Source: Escherichia phage vB_EcoS_HZ_ZJUN2. From it: DNA of 64,000 bases. A program made the position numbers and the translations under genes. Below are positions 7,884-16,939 of this stretch, one piece after another (positions within the stretch are counted from its first letter, which is position 1; each line of letters begins with the position of its first letter). Location of the stretch: sequence record PP216084, one strand, 5' to 3'. The notes under the pieces are model-generated. The model was not told where the DNA came from. It worked only from the letters and a program-made list of their open reading frames with translations, and made no database searches.

Positions 7884-8276
7884 ATGAAAAAGCAAAATAT
7901 TCCATTCGATCGCGCTCAATCTTCCATTGTTCTGGTTTATTCAAATGGTGAGCGTTACCACGTCGAGGCCGGTCACGTTGTTGATGATTTAATCGAGTTT
8001 AATGAGGCGCTACAGATCACGACTTTCGCCTATACGCAAGGCCGCGCTAGTAGTCACATAAAGGCCGCAGGCGTTTATGTTGATACGGTGAAGCAGGAAA
8101 CGATTATCATCGACGCCGTAAAAGCTGGCCTAGCGTTTGCAGTTGTCGCACCTTGTCCCGCTTGCCTTGATGATCAGCTATCGAGTGCAAAGGTCTACAT
8201 TTGCGCGGGTATTCGTTCCCATGTATCCGGCGAAGATATTAGTTTTATCGCTGATGCGCTGGCTTATGGTCTTTGA
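7884..8276 (+). CDS. Hypothetical pre-early protein, 130 aa
   Basis: Start set to ATG at 7884 downstream of conserved ttaattGGAGtt; followed by hairpin 8290-8316. Confidence 0.5.
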   Translation: MKKQNIPFDRAQSSIVLVYSNGERYHVEAGHVVDDLIEFNEALQITTFAYTQGRASSHIKAAGVYVDTVKQETIIIDAVKAGLAFAVVAPCPACLDDQLSSAKVYICAGIRSHVSGEDISFIADALAYGL

Positions 8277-8289
8277 TAGTTGATTTATT

Positions 8290-8316
8290 ATTGCCCGCTG
8301 ATAAATAGCGGGCAAT
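8290..8316 (+). terminator. GC-rich hairpin after pre-early cassette
   Basis: attgcccgct-gataaat-agcgggcaat. Confidence 0.4.
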
Positions 8317-8356
8317 GCTGGATAAACTAAATCCCTTTAATGGAGAACGTAACAAA

Positions 8357-9091
8357 ATGAATCAAGTTAAAACGAATATTACCCGTAATTTTCCGCATGT
8401 TTCCCGCGTCATGATTTGGGATCTTGATGGCACTATCGTTAATTCATTCCATCGCGTAGCGCCTTGCTTTGATAGTGAGGGTAATCTAGATTTAAATAAG
8501 TATAAAAATGAGGCGTGCAAACATGATTTAATAATGCAAGATACACTCCTACCGCTTGTTACCTATATGCGCCAATGTATGAATGATGTTAATACGTTAA
8601 ACATTATTTGCACCGCTCGATTAATGAGCAAGTCGGACTATTATTATTTGCGCAAACAAGGATTGCGCGGGCGTGGGGATAGTAATATCCGTGTATTTTC
8701 CCGCGATACACTGCACAAATATTTTGAAGCTGATAAGGTTAGCGAAATATACCACAGCAAGGACGCAGTTTATAAAAGCTACTACTTTGAGTTATTTAAG
8801 CAGTTATATCCGAACGCTGATTTCACGATGATCGACGACCATAAAGGAGTATTGGCGGCGGCGGCATCATATGGATTTAAAACTCTGGACGCGCAAGCCG
8901 TTAATGATATTCTATCGATTGGGGTCACATTGATAGGTGAAACCTTTATCGACGAATCTCTTGAGGATGATAATGATTATCAGTTCCTAGCAGATCGCTT
9001 GCAATTATGTTGGGAAAGTATGACAGAAGAAGAACGCGCAGAATATAGTTGCAGCCCGCAACAATATATTGAGAAATTAAAAGTTGCGTAA
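8357..9091 (+). CDS. dmp: HAD-superfamily phosphatase, 244 aa, probable 5'-deoxyribonucleotidase (Dmp-like)
   Basis: Start set to ATG at 8357 after GGAGAACG RBS; HAD motif I DLDGT, motif II CTAR, C-terminal acidic DD; pre-early location. Confidence 0.5.
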   Translation: MNQVKTNITRNFPHVSRVMIWDLDGTIVNSFHRVAPCFDSEGNLDLNKYKNEACKHDLIMQDTLLPLVTYMRQCMNDVNTLNIICTARLMSKSDYYYLRKQGLRGRGDSNIRVFSRDTLHKYFEADKVSEIYHSKDAVYKSYYFELFKQLYPNADFTMIDDHKGVLAAAASYGFKTLDAQAVNDILSIGVTLIGETFIDESLEDDNDYQFLADRLQLCWESMTEEERAEYSCSPQQYIEKLKVA

Positions 9092-9108
9092 TAATTAAAG
9101 TTGAAATT

Positions 9109-9145
9109 GTTTCACCTTGCAATTAAAATGGTTGCAGGGTGAAAC
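9109..9145. terminator. 14 bp-arm inverted repeat hairpin between convergent transcription units
   Basis: gtttcaccttgcaa-ttaaaatgg-ttgcagggtgaaac (one mismatch). Confidence 0.45.
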
Positions 9146-9256
9146 AGTTAGCATGGTAATAGTAACGGGGGTGGCGGTTAGCAGACTAAGTATTCTCCCC
9201 CAACCCACTGCACCCACCCACGCGTACGTAATCCAAAGAATTTGGCAAAAGTCAAA

Positions 9257-9502
9257 TTAGTGCATAGAATGGTCATCAAACCTGTGTTCTGGTCTAAACT
9301 CACGGAATCTCTTCCGCGACGCCCGAGAACCATCATTCCACTCCAGCTCAAACTCCGCACGTTTCTCATCGAACTTCCGCTCCCTTTCCGCAATCTCCCG
9401 CGATACTTCCGCAATATATTTACGATGCCTGTCGATAGCCGCAGTCATTCCGAAAACTCCCGCGAGTATCCCGGTAATAAAAGCAATTACAATACTAAAC
9501 AT
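9257..9502 (-). CDS. Hypothetical membrane-anchored protein, 81 aa
   Basis: N-terminal TM helix then charged coiled segment; same strand as llp; overlapped by plus-strand ORF judged less likely. Confidence 0.4.
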   Translation of the reverse strand: MFSIVIAFITGILAGVFGMTAAIDRHRKYIAEVSREIAERERKFDEKRAEFELEWNDGSRASRKRFREFRPEHRFDDHSMH

Positions 9503-9605
9503 TATTTATATTCCCGCAACTTACGTTCAATACGAGCTAAGTGGTTATCCAAGACACATTGCCCTAGAATTACCACAACTAATAAAACAATAATTATTAC
9601 TCCCA

Positions 9606-9791
9606 TTAAATCCACCCCGCCATAGCTGCTAACCAAAAGCCTACGAAGACTAGGAATAATACAAAACCAAATCCATAAATATTAATCCACGCTTCATACA
9701 CTTCCCCGCGTCTGTTCTTTCTTTTGTTGCCGTTTGACATGTTTTTCATACTCCCGTAAATGTGGTATCTGGGATATTCTAGAAATTGCAC
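9606..9791 (-). CDS. Hypothetical small protein, 61 aa, C-terminal TM helix (uncertain)
   Basis: GTG start; overlaps alternative ORF 9694-9879 in another frame; cannot be resolved by eye. Confidence 0.25.
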   Translation of the reverse strand: MQFLEYPRYHIYGSMKNMSNGNKRKNRRGEVYEAWINIYGFGFVLFLVFVGFWLAAMAGWI

Positions 9792-9981
9792 GAACCATTA
9801 TAACTGTTCCTATGAGATCCATCATTTCATCAAACCCAGATTCTTCTAGAAGAAATGATGTTCCCATTACATCTTCCATAGTGTCTTGTATGACGTCCTG
9901 AATGATTTCATTAATCGCACTGTGAACTGCTTTGCCCTAGGAGTCATCTCAAGTGGCATTGGTTCCTGGAAGGGCTTCTCC

Positions 9982-10215
9982 TCAGAAAACTCCTTCACAT
10001 GTATTCCCCTCGGTAAAGTAGCTTACTGGAGCCCAGAAAGATCCATAGGCCATGATTGGTGCCACCAGGAACATATCCCCTTTTCTATCAAAAACATTAG
10101 CCTTATATTTCACATGATCTTGTACATAGTAGGCCTCACATTTAATATCTTTAGGCCCAAAAGTAGAGCAAGCCGAAAGAAGTACCACTGCCATAGCTAA
10201 AAATAATTTTTTCAT
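9982..10215 (-). CDS. llp: Lytic-conversion lipoprotein Llp-like, 77 aa precursor
   Basis: Signal peptide with lipobox LLSAC (Cys17), mature 61 aa; divergent from the receptor-binding gene as recalled for T5. Confidence 0.7.
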   Translation of the reverse strand: MKKLFLAMAVVLLSACSTFGPKDIKCEAYYVQDHVKYKANVFDRKGDMFLVAPIMAYGSFWAPVSYFTEGNTCEGVF

Positions 10216-10294
10216 TTACATTCTCCTCTGTTTAATTTATAATACTATTATACAGAATTATATCAATATAGGCAATTAAATTTTTGGAGAACTT

Positions 10295-12217
10295 ATGAGT
10301 TTTTTCGCTGGCAAGCTAAATAACAAATCTATACTCTCTCTACGTAGGGGTAGTGGCGGAGATACTAATCAACATATTAATCCTGACTCTCAGACCATAT
10401 TCCATTCAGATATGCCCCATGTAATTATAACGGAAACTCATTCCACGGGGTTAAGACTAGATCAAGGGGCTGGAGACTACTATTGGTCTGATATGCCTAG
10501 CAGAATCACCCAGTTACATAATAATGATCCTAATAGGGTTGTGCTGACGGAGATTGAGTTCTCAGATGGCTCTAGACATATGCTATCTGGCATGTCTATG
10601 GGGGTAGGGGCTAAAGCGTATGGAATTATAAATCCGCAGGTCATGTCTCAAGGTGGTTTAAAAACACAAATAACAGCTAGTGCTGATCTATCTCTTGATG
10701 TAGGCTATTTTAATAGTGGAACTAGTGGAACTATTCCCCAGAAGCTTAGAGACGGTACTGGATGTCAGCATATGTTTGGCGCCTTTAGTGGACGTAGAGG
10801 GTTTGCATCTAGTGCAATGTATTTAGGGGGTGCCGCTCTCTATAAATCTGCCTGGGACGGTTCAGGATATATTGTGCCTGCTGCAGGATCCATAACTATC
10901 CCTAGCGACTACGTTAGGCATCCCGGAGCTAGAAACTTTGGATTTAACGCCATATATGTTCGTGGTAGATCTTGTAATAGAGTTCTTTATGGTATGGAAG
11001 GGCCCAACTACACCACTGCTGGAGCTGTACATGGGGCGTCGAGTTCAGGGGCTCTTAACTTTATGTCTAATCCTAGCAATCCCTCGGCCCCTAAGTACTC
11101 TGTAGGTTTCGCACGTGCTGATCCCACTAACTATGCGTATTGGGAAAGTATGGGTGATCCGAATGATGCTGCTAATGGGCCCATAGGTATATATAGTGAG
11201 CACCTCGGTATTTATCCATCTAAAATTACCTGGTATGTTACTAACTTAGTGTATAATGGTTCAGGATATAGTATTGATAGTGGGCTATTTACTGGCAATG
11301 ATATTAAACTTAGTCCAAGAGAATTTATTATTAAAGGTATTAACGTTAATAATACATCGTGGAAGTTTATTAACTTTGTTGAGAAAAACTTTAATGTAGG
11401 GGGCAGAGCTGATTTTCGTGATGTTGGGTGTAACTTGAGTATGGGTTCCCCCTCTACTGGAGTTTCTGGAATAGCCACTTTTGGATTACCAACTGCGGAG
11501 AGTAATAACACTCCTAGTATTAAGGGGGGTAACGTTGGTGGTTTAAATACTAATGTAGTTAGTATTTATAACTTTTTACCTTCAGCATCTTGGTATGTTT
11601 CTAGTGATCCCCCAAAAATAGGCAGCAATTATGGGGATGTTTGGAGTGAGAATCTTTTACCTTTAAGGTTACTAGGAGGTAGCGGAAGTACTGTACTATC
11701 TGGTAACATAGTATTTCAGGGTAATGGTTACGTGCATGTTGGTACCGTGGGACTGGATCTTAATAGTAGTAGAAATGGTGCAATTGTATGTACTATGGAG
11801 TTCCTAGATGACACATGGTTGTCTGCCGGTGGTATTGGCTGCTTTAATCCTACGGAGATGCTATCTAAAGGTGCAGAATACGGAGATAGTAGGTTCAGAA
11901 TGGGTGGCAATACTATTGATAAAAAGCTACACCAAATATTATCTTTGCCTGCGGGGGAATACGTACCATTTTTTACTATTAAAGGTACTGTAGTAAACGC
12001 TTGTAAATTACAGGCTGCTGCGTACAACCCAACTCCGTACTGGGTATCTGGGTTGCCCGGATCCGTAGGTCAAACAGGTTACTATACTCTAACATATTAT
12101 ATGAGAAATGATGGAAATAATAATATCTCTATTTGGTTAGAATCCTCTATGAGCAATATAATTGGCATGAAAGCATGCTTACCAAATATTAAACTTATAA
12201 TTCAACGCCTTACCTAA
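10295..12217 (+). CDS. oad: Receptor-binding tail protein pb5-like, 640 aa
   Basis: Length equals recalled T5 pb5; Gly/Ser/Asn-rich beta-type composition; adjacent to llp. Confidence 0.65.
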
Positions 12218-12227
12218 AGGAGGAAAT

Positions 12228-12710
12228 ATGGCAAATGATGTATTAGTACCAGATCTTATGTCCCCTGAAGGGATGGATGTGATTGAAGCTTATTTACAGT
12301 GTGGCAGCGATGTGCCTTCTGCCGCACGTAGTCTTGGGATGTCCGAAATTGCTTTCCGAGATATTATGAATCGTAGTGAAGTTAAGAACTACTTAAATGA
12401 TATTTTTATGGAGAGTGGTTTCCGTAATAGGGATCGTTTATTTGGTGTTCTGGATGAAGTTATTAAGCGTAAGCTGGAGGAACTGGAAGAAACTGGCATG
12501 GGTTCTGACCAAGATATTATGGATATTCTCTGGAAAGCACATAAAATGAAAATGGAGGAAATGAAGATGATGGTAGAATTGGAGAAAGTGAAGGCAGCAG
12601 CCCGTACTCCAGCTAACCAGACCAACATTCAGAATAATATTATTGCTGGAGCCGGGGATCAAAACTACATGGACTTAATTACTTCTCTAGCTACTGGAGG
12701 TAAGAAGTAA
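12228..12710 (+). CDS. Putative terminase small subunit, 160 aa
   Basis: AAGGAGGAAAT RBS; HTH-like [17 protein letters not shown]; directly upstream of terminase large subunit. Confidence 0.5.
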
Positions 12711-14026
12711 TGGAAGTATCAAGACCCTACGTTAATACGGTAGATGTTATTGATTTCGGAATAGATAAACGTTTCTTTCGTCTACCCGTTTCAGGAATAC
12801 TAGCACAAGAAGGTATTACACCTAATGGTCCTCAAATAGCAATTATTAATGCTCTAGAAGACCCTAGACATCGTTTTGTAACGGCGTGTGTATCACGCCG
12901 TGTAGGTAAATCCTTCATCGCGTATACCCTTGGGTTCCTAAAATTGCTGGAACCTAACGTGAAGGTGTTGGTAGTTGCTCCTAACTACTCACTGGCCAAC
13001 ATCGGATGGTCTCAGATTCGTGGTCTTATTAAAAAGTACGGCCTACAAACCGAACGTGAGAACGCTAAAGATAAAGAAATTGAGTTAGCTAATGGTTCTC
13101 TGTTTAAACTAGCTTCCGCGGCGCAGGCTGACTCCGCCGTTGGACGTTCATATGATTTTATCATCTTTGACGAAGCGGCAATTTCCGATGTGGGTGGTGA
13201 TGCCTTCAGGGTTCAGTTGCGTCCTACCCTAGATAAACCTAATTCTAAGGCTCTATTTATCTCTACTCCTCGTGGTGGTAACTGGTTTAAAGAGTTTTAT
13301 GCCTATGGGTTTGATAATACGTTGCCTAACTGGGTATCTATTCATGGTACATATCGTGATAACCCACGTGCTGATCTAAATGACATCGAAGAAGCACGTC
13401 GTACAGTTAGTAAAAACTACTTCCGCCAAGAATACGAAGCTGACTTCTCTGTATTCGAAGGTCAGATATTTGATACCTTTAATGCTATTGATCATGTTAA
13501 AGACCTTAAAGGTATGCGTCACTTCTTTAAAGATGATGAAGCATTCGAAACATTGCTTGGCATTGACGTTGGTTATCGTGATCCTACAGCAGTTCTTACT
13601 ATTAAATATCATTATGATACGGATACTTACTATGTATTAGAAGAATACCAGCAGGCAGAGAAAACCACAGCTCAGCATGCTGCATATATTCAGCACTGTA
13701 TAGATCGTTATAACGTAGATCGTATCTTCGTTGACTCCGCGGCTGCCCAGTTCCGCCAGGACTTAGCTTATGAACATGAAATTGCATCAGCTCCAGCTAA
13801 AAAATCTGTCCTAGACGGTCTAGCATGCTTGCAAGCGTTATTCCAGCAGGGTAAGATTATTGTAGACGCTTCATGTTCCTCATTAATCCATGCATTGCAG
13901 AACTATAAATGGGATTTCCAAGAAGGTGAAGAAAAATTATCACGTGAAAAACCACGTCATGATGCTAACTCTCACCTTTGTGATGCTCTGCGCTATGGAA
14001 TTTACTCTATTTCCCGTGGTAAATAA
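12710..14026 (+). CDS. Terminase large subunit, 438 aa
   Basis: Walker A-like VSRRVGKS, Walker B DFIIFDEAA, C-terminal nuclease domain; precedes portal. Confidence 0.85.
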   Translation: MEVSRPYVNTVDVIDFGIDKRFFRLPVSGILAQEGITPNGPQIAIINALEDPRHRFVTACVSRRVGKSFIAYTLGFLKLLEPNVKVLVVAPNYSLANIGWSQIRGLIKKYGLQTERENAKDKEIELANGSLFKLASAAQADSAVGRSYDFIIFDEAAISDVGGDAFRVQLRPTLDKPNSKALFISTPRGGNWFKEFYAYGFDNTLPNWVSIHGTYRDNPRADLNDIEEARRTVSKNYFRQEYEADFSVFEGQIFDTFNAIDHVKDLKGMRHFFKDDEAFETLLGIDVGYRDPTAVLTIKYHYDTDTYYVLEEYQQAEKTTAQHAAYIQHCIDRYNVDRIFVDSAAAQFRQDLAYEHEIASAPAKKSVLDGLACLQALFQQGKIIVDASCSSLIHALQNYKWDFQEGEEKLSREKPRHDANSHLCDALRYGIYSISRGK

Positions 14027-14053
14027 ATAAGTATAGGATGGGATACTACTCAG

Positions 14054-14578
14054 TTGGTATCCCATTCCTACATTTTAAAATCCCCTTTACAAATTCGATA
14101 CGATTATGTATACTATATTCATACAGTTGAGGAGAACACTATGGCAAGCAATGTAAAATATAAACGCGATGCTATATCCCTTATGAGAGACGGAATAAAA
14201 AGTCAATATAAAAAAGACTCTCAATGTGCTATCTGCGGTTGTGCTGAAGAATTAGAGCTTCATCATTACCATACGGTGTCTCTACTAGTTAAAAAATTTG
14301 CTAAAGAACTCCAATTGGATTTCACTGACGAAGAAATAGTCCTTTCAAATAGGACGGCATTCTATGATCGATATAGGCATGAGCTAGTAGAAGACACTGT
14401 TACCCTTTGTGTACACCATCACCAATTATTACATAAGGTTTACACAAAAGAACCTCCTTTATTTTCTGCTAATAAGCAAAAAGTGTGGGTTCAAAAGCAG
14501 AAAGACAAATTACAGAATCCTCAAGAAAAGACACAAGTCAAGACTGAAACAAAATCAGGATTCGCAAGGTTCTTATAA
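14054..14578 (+). CDS. HNH homing endonuclease, 174 aa
   Basis: CAICGC...HHYH...CVHHH zinc/HNH motifs; free-standing between terminase and portal. Confidence 0.7.
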   Translation: MVSHSYILKSPLQIRYDYVYYIHTVEENTMASNVKYKRDAISLMRDGIKSQYKKDSQCAICGCAEELELHHYHTVSLLVKKFAKELQLDFTDEEIVLSNRTAFYDRYRHELVEDTVTLCVHHHQLLHKVYTKEPPLFSANKQKVWVQKQKDKLQNPQEKTQVKTETKSGFARFL

Positions 14579-15795
14579 TGGGTTTTAAAAGCTGGATTAC
14601 TGAAAAGCTAAATCCGGGTCAACGTATTATAAGAGACATGGAACCAGTTAGTCATCGCACTAACCGTAAGCCTTTTACCACTGGACAAGCCTACAGTAAA
14701 ATTGAGATTCTCAATAGAACTGCTAATATGGTTATAGATAGTGCGGCGGAGTGTTCTTATACTGTCGGAGATAAATATAATATTGTCACGTATGCCAATG
14801 GCATCAAGACAAAGACTCTAGACACTCTCTTAAATGTACGACCTAATCCATTCATGGATATAAGCACATTCCGTAGACTTGTAGTCACTGACCTACTTTT
14901 TGAAGGTTGTGCATACATCTATTGGGATGGCACAGCACTTTACCATGTCCCTGCTGCACTAATGCAAGTAGAGGCAGATGCCAATAAGTTTATCAAAAAA
15001 TTTATATTTAATAATCAGATAGACTATCGCGTAGATGAGATTATCTTTATAAAGGATAATAGTTACGTGTGTGGCACAAATTCTCAAATTTCTGGACAAT
15101 CTCGTGTTGCTACTGTTATTGATTCTCTTGAGAAACGTTCTAAGATGCTTAACTTTAAAGAGAAGTTTCTCGATAACGGAACCGTGATTGGTCTTATTCT
15201 TGAGACGGATGAAATCCTGAACAAGAAATTGCGTGAGCGTAAACAAGAAGAATTACAACTAGATTATAATCCTAGTACTGGTCAGTCCTCTGTCCTGATT
15301 CTAGATGGTGGTATGAAAGCTAAACCGTACTCCCAAATATCCTCTTTTAAAGATCTAGACTTTAAGGAAGACATTGAAGGATTTAATAAATCTATCTGTC
15401 TAGCCTTTGGTGTTCCGCAAGTGCTACTTGATGGTGGTAATAATGCGAACATTCGACCAAACATCGAACTGTTCTATTATATGACTATCATTCCTATGCT
15501 GAACAAGCTGACTAGTTCTCTTACTTTCTTTTTTGGTTATAAGATTACTCCTAATACTAAGGAAGTAGCTGCATTAACACCAGATAAAGAAGCTGAGGCT
15601 AAACATTTAACCTCATTGGTTAATAATGGTATTATGACTGGTAACGAAGCTCGTATAGAGCTGAACCTTGAACCTTTAGATGATGAGCAGATGAATAAGA
15701 TTCGCATTCCTGCTAACGTTGCTGGTTCTGCAACAGGTGTATCTGGTCAAGAAGGTGGCAGACCTCAAGGTTCCACCGAGGGAGATAAAGAATGA
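14578..15795 (+). CDS. Portal protein, 405 aa
   Basis: Position between terminase and head genes; size close to recalled T5 pb7. Confidence 0.8.
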   Translation: MGFKSWITEKLNPGQRIIRDMEPVSHRTNRKPFTTGQAYSKIEILNRTANMVIDSAAECSYTVGDKYNIVTYANGIKTKTLDTLLNVRPNPFMDISTFRRLVVTDLLFEGCAYIYWDGTALYHVPAALMQVEADANKFIKKFIFNNQIDYRVDEIIFIKDNSYVCGTNSQISGQSRVATVIDSLEKRSKMLNFKEKFLDNGTVIGLILETDEILNKKLRERKQEELQLDYNPSTGQSSVLILDGGMKAKPYSQISSFKDLDFKEDIEGFNKSICLAFGVPQVLLDGGNNANIRPNIELFYYMTIIPMLNKLTSSLTFFFGYKITPNTKEVAALTPDKEAEAKHLTSLVNNGIMTGNEARIELNLEPLDDEQMNKIRIPANVAGSATGVSGQEGGRPQGSTEGDKE

Positions 15796-16286
15796 TTGAT
15801 TATAATGGTCTAAAGACCATTTTTGGTGAAAAACTACCAGAATCTCATATCTTCTTTGCTACGGTTGCCGCGCATAAGTATGTTCCTAGCTATGCTTTTC
15901 TGCGTAGAGAACTAGGACTTTCATCTGCGCATACTAACCGTAAAGTATGGAAGAAATTTGTAGAGGCATATGGTAAAGCAGTTCCTCCTGCTCCGCCTGC
16001 TCCGCCCTTAACTCTTTCTAAAGATTTAGCTGCTAGCATGTCCGTTGAAGAGGGAGCAGCATTAACACTTTCTGTTACTGCAACCGGCGGCACTGGTCCT
16101 TATACTTACGCATGGACTAAAGATGGTTCTCCTATTCCTGGTGCTTCAGGAGCTACCTATACTAAGCCTGCAGCAGCTACAGAGGATTCTGGAGCCTATA
16201 AAGTAACTGTAACAGATAGTAAGCAAGTAAGCAAGGACTCTGCTACATGTGCTGTGACAGTTAATCCTACTGTTCCTGGAGGCTAA
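15792..16286 (+). CDS. Capsid decoration protein pb10-like, 164 aa, C-terminal Ig-like domain
   Basis: PAPPAPP linker then Ig-like region (TLSVTATGGTGPYTYAWTKDGSPI). Confidence 0.6.
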   Translation: MIDYNGLKTIFGEKLPESHIFFATVAAHKYVPSYAFLRRELGLSSAHTNRKVWKKFVEAYGKAVPPAPPAPPLTLSKDLAASMSVEEGAALTLSVTATGGTGPYTYAWTKDGSPIPGASGATYTKPAAATEDSGAYKVTVTDSKQVSKDSATCAVTVNPTVPGG

Positions 16287-16289
16287 TAA

Positions 16290-16922
16290 ATGACACAAGC
16301 TGCTATTGACTATAACAAGTTAAAATCAGCACCGGTTCATTTAGATGCTTATATTAAATCTATTGATAGCGAATCCAAAGAGGGTGTTGTAAAAATCCGT
16401 GGATTCGCTAATACAATTAGTAAAGATCGCGCTGGTGATGTAATCCCTGCTTCGGCATGGAAAACATCTAATGCACTTGCTAACTACATGAAAAACCCGA
16501 TTATTCTTTTCGGACATGACCATCGTCGTCCAATCGGCAAGTGTATTGATCTTAACCCTACTGAAATGGGTCTCGAAATCGAATGCGAGATCTATGAAAG
16601 TTCTGATCCGGCTATCTTTTCACTAATTAAAAACGGTGTACTGAAAACTTTTAGTATCGGATTCCGCTGCCTAGATGCAGAGTGGGATGAAGCTACTGAT
16701 ATATTTATTATTAAAGATTTAGAACTATACGAAGTTTCGGTAGTTTCTGTACCTTGTAATCAGGACTCAACATTCAACCTCGCTAAGAGTATGAATGGTC
16801 ATGATTATACTGAATGGCGTAAATCTTTTACTGCAATAAGTTCTAAAGCTGTCCCAGCTCAAGAACGTAATCTTTCTGAACTAGAAAAACTTGCGATAGC
16901 TTTAGGCTACGTTAAAGAATAA
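16290..16922 (+). CDS. Prohead protease, 210 aa
   Basis: Position between portal and major capsid; His-rich FGHDHRRPIGK segment; size fits recalled T5 pb11. Confidence 0.6.
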   Translation: MTQAAIDYNKLKSAPVHLDAYIKSIDSESKEGVVKIRGFANTISKDRAGDVIPASAWKTSNALANYMKNPIILFGHDHRRPIGKCIDLNPTEMGLEIECEIYESSDPAIFSLIKNGVLKTFSIGFRCLDAEWDEATDIFIIKDLELYEVSVVSVPCNQDSTFNLAKSMNGHDYTEWRKSFTAISSKAVPAQERNLSELEKLAIALGYVKE

Positions 16923-16939
16923 CGGAGAATTATTTAAAA

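Noticed and set aside
9694-9879. Alternative 61 aa ORF overlapping 9606-9791
   Set aside because: No SD upstream of its ATG; not listed as a feature, but coding status remains unresolved
9886-10200. Plus-strand 104 aa ORF
   Set aside because: Antisense to the llp-like lipoprotein gene, which has a far better signal-peptide/lipobox signature
14054-14578. Restriction-modification or other canonical defence system
   Set aside because: No methyltransferase, no partner genes; the HNH proteins in this window are isolated and fit homing endonucleases better
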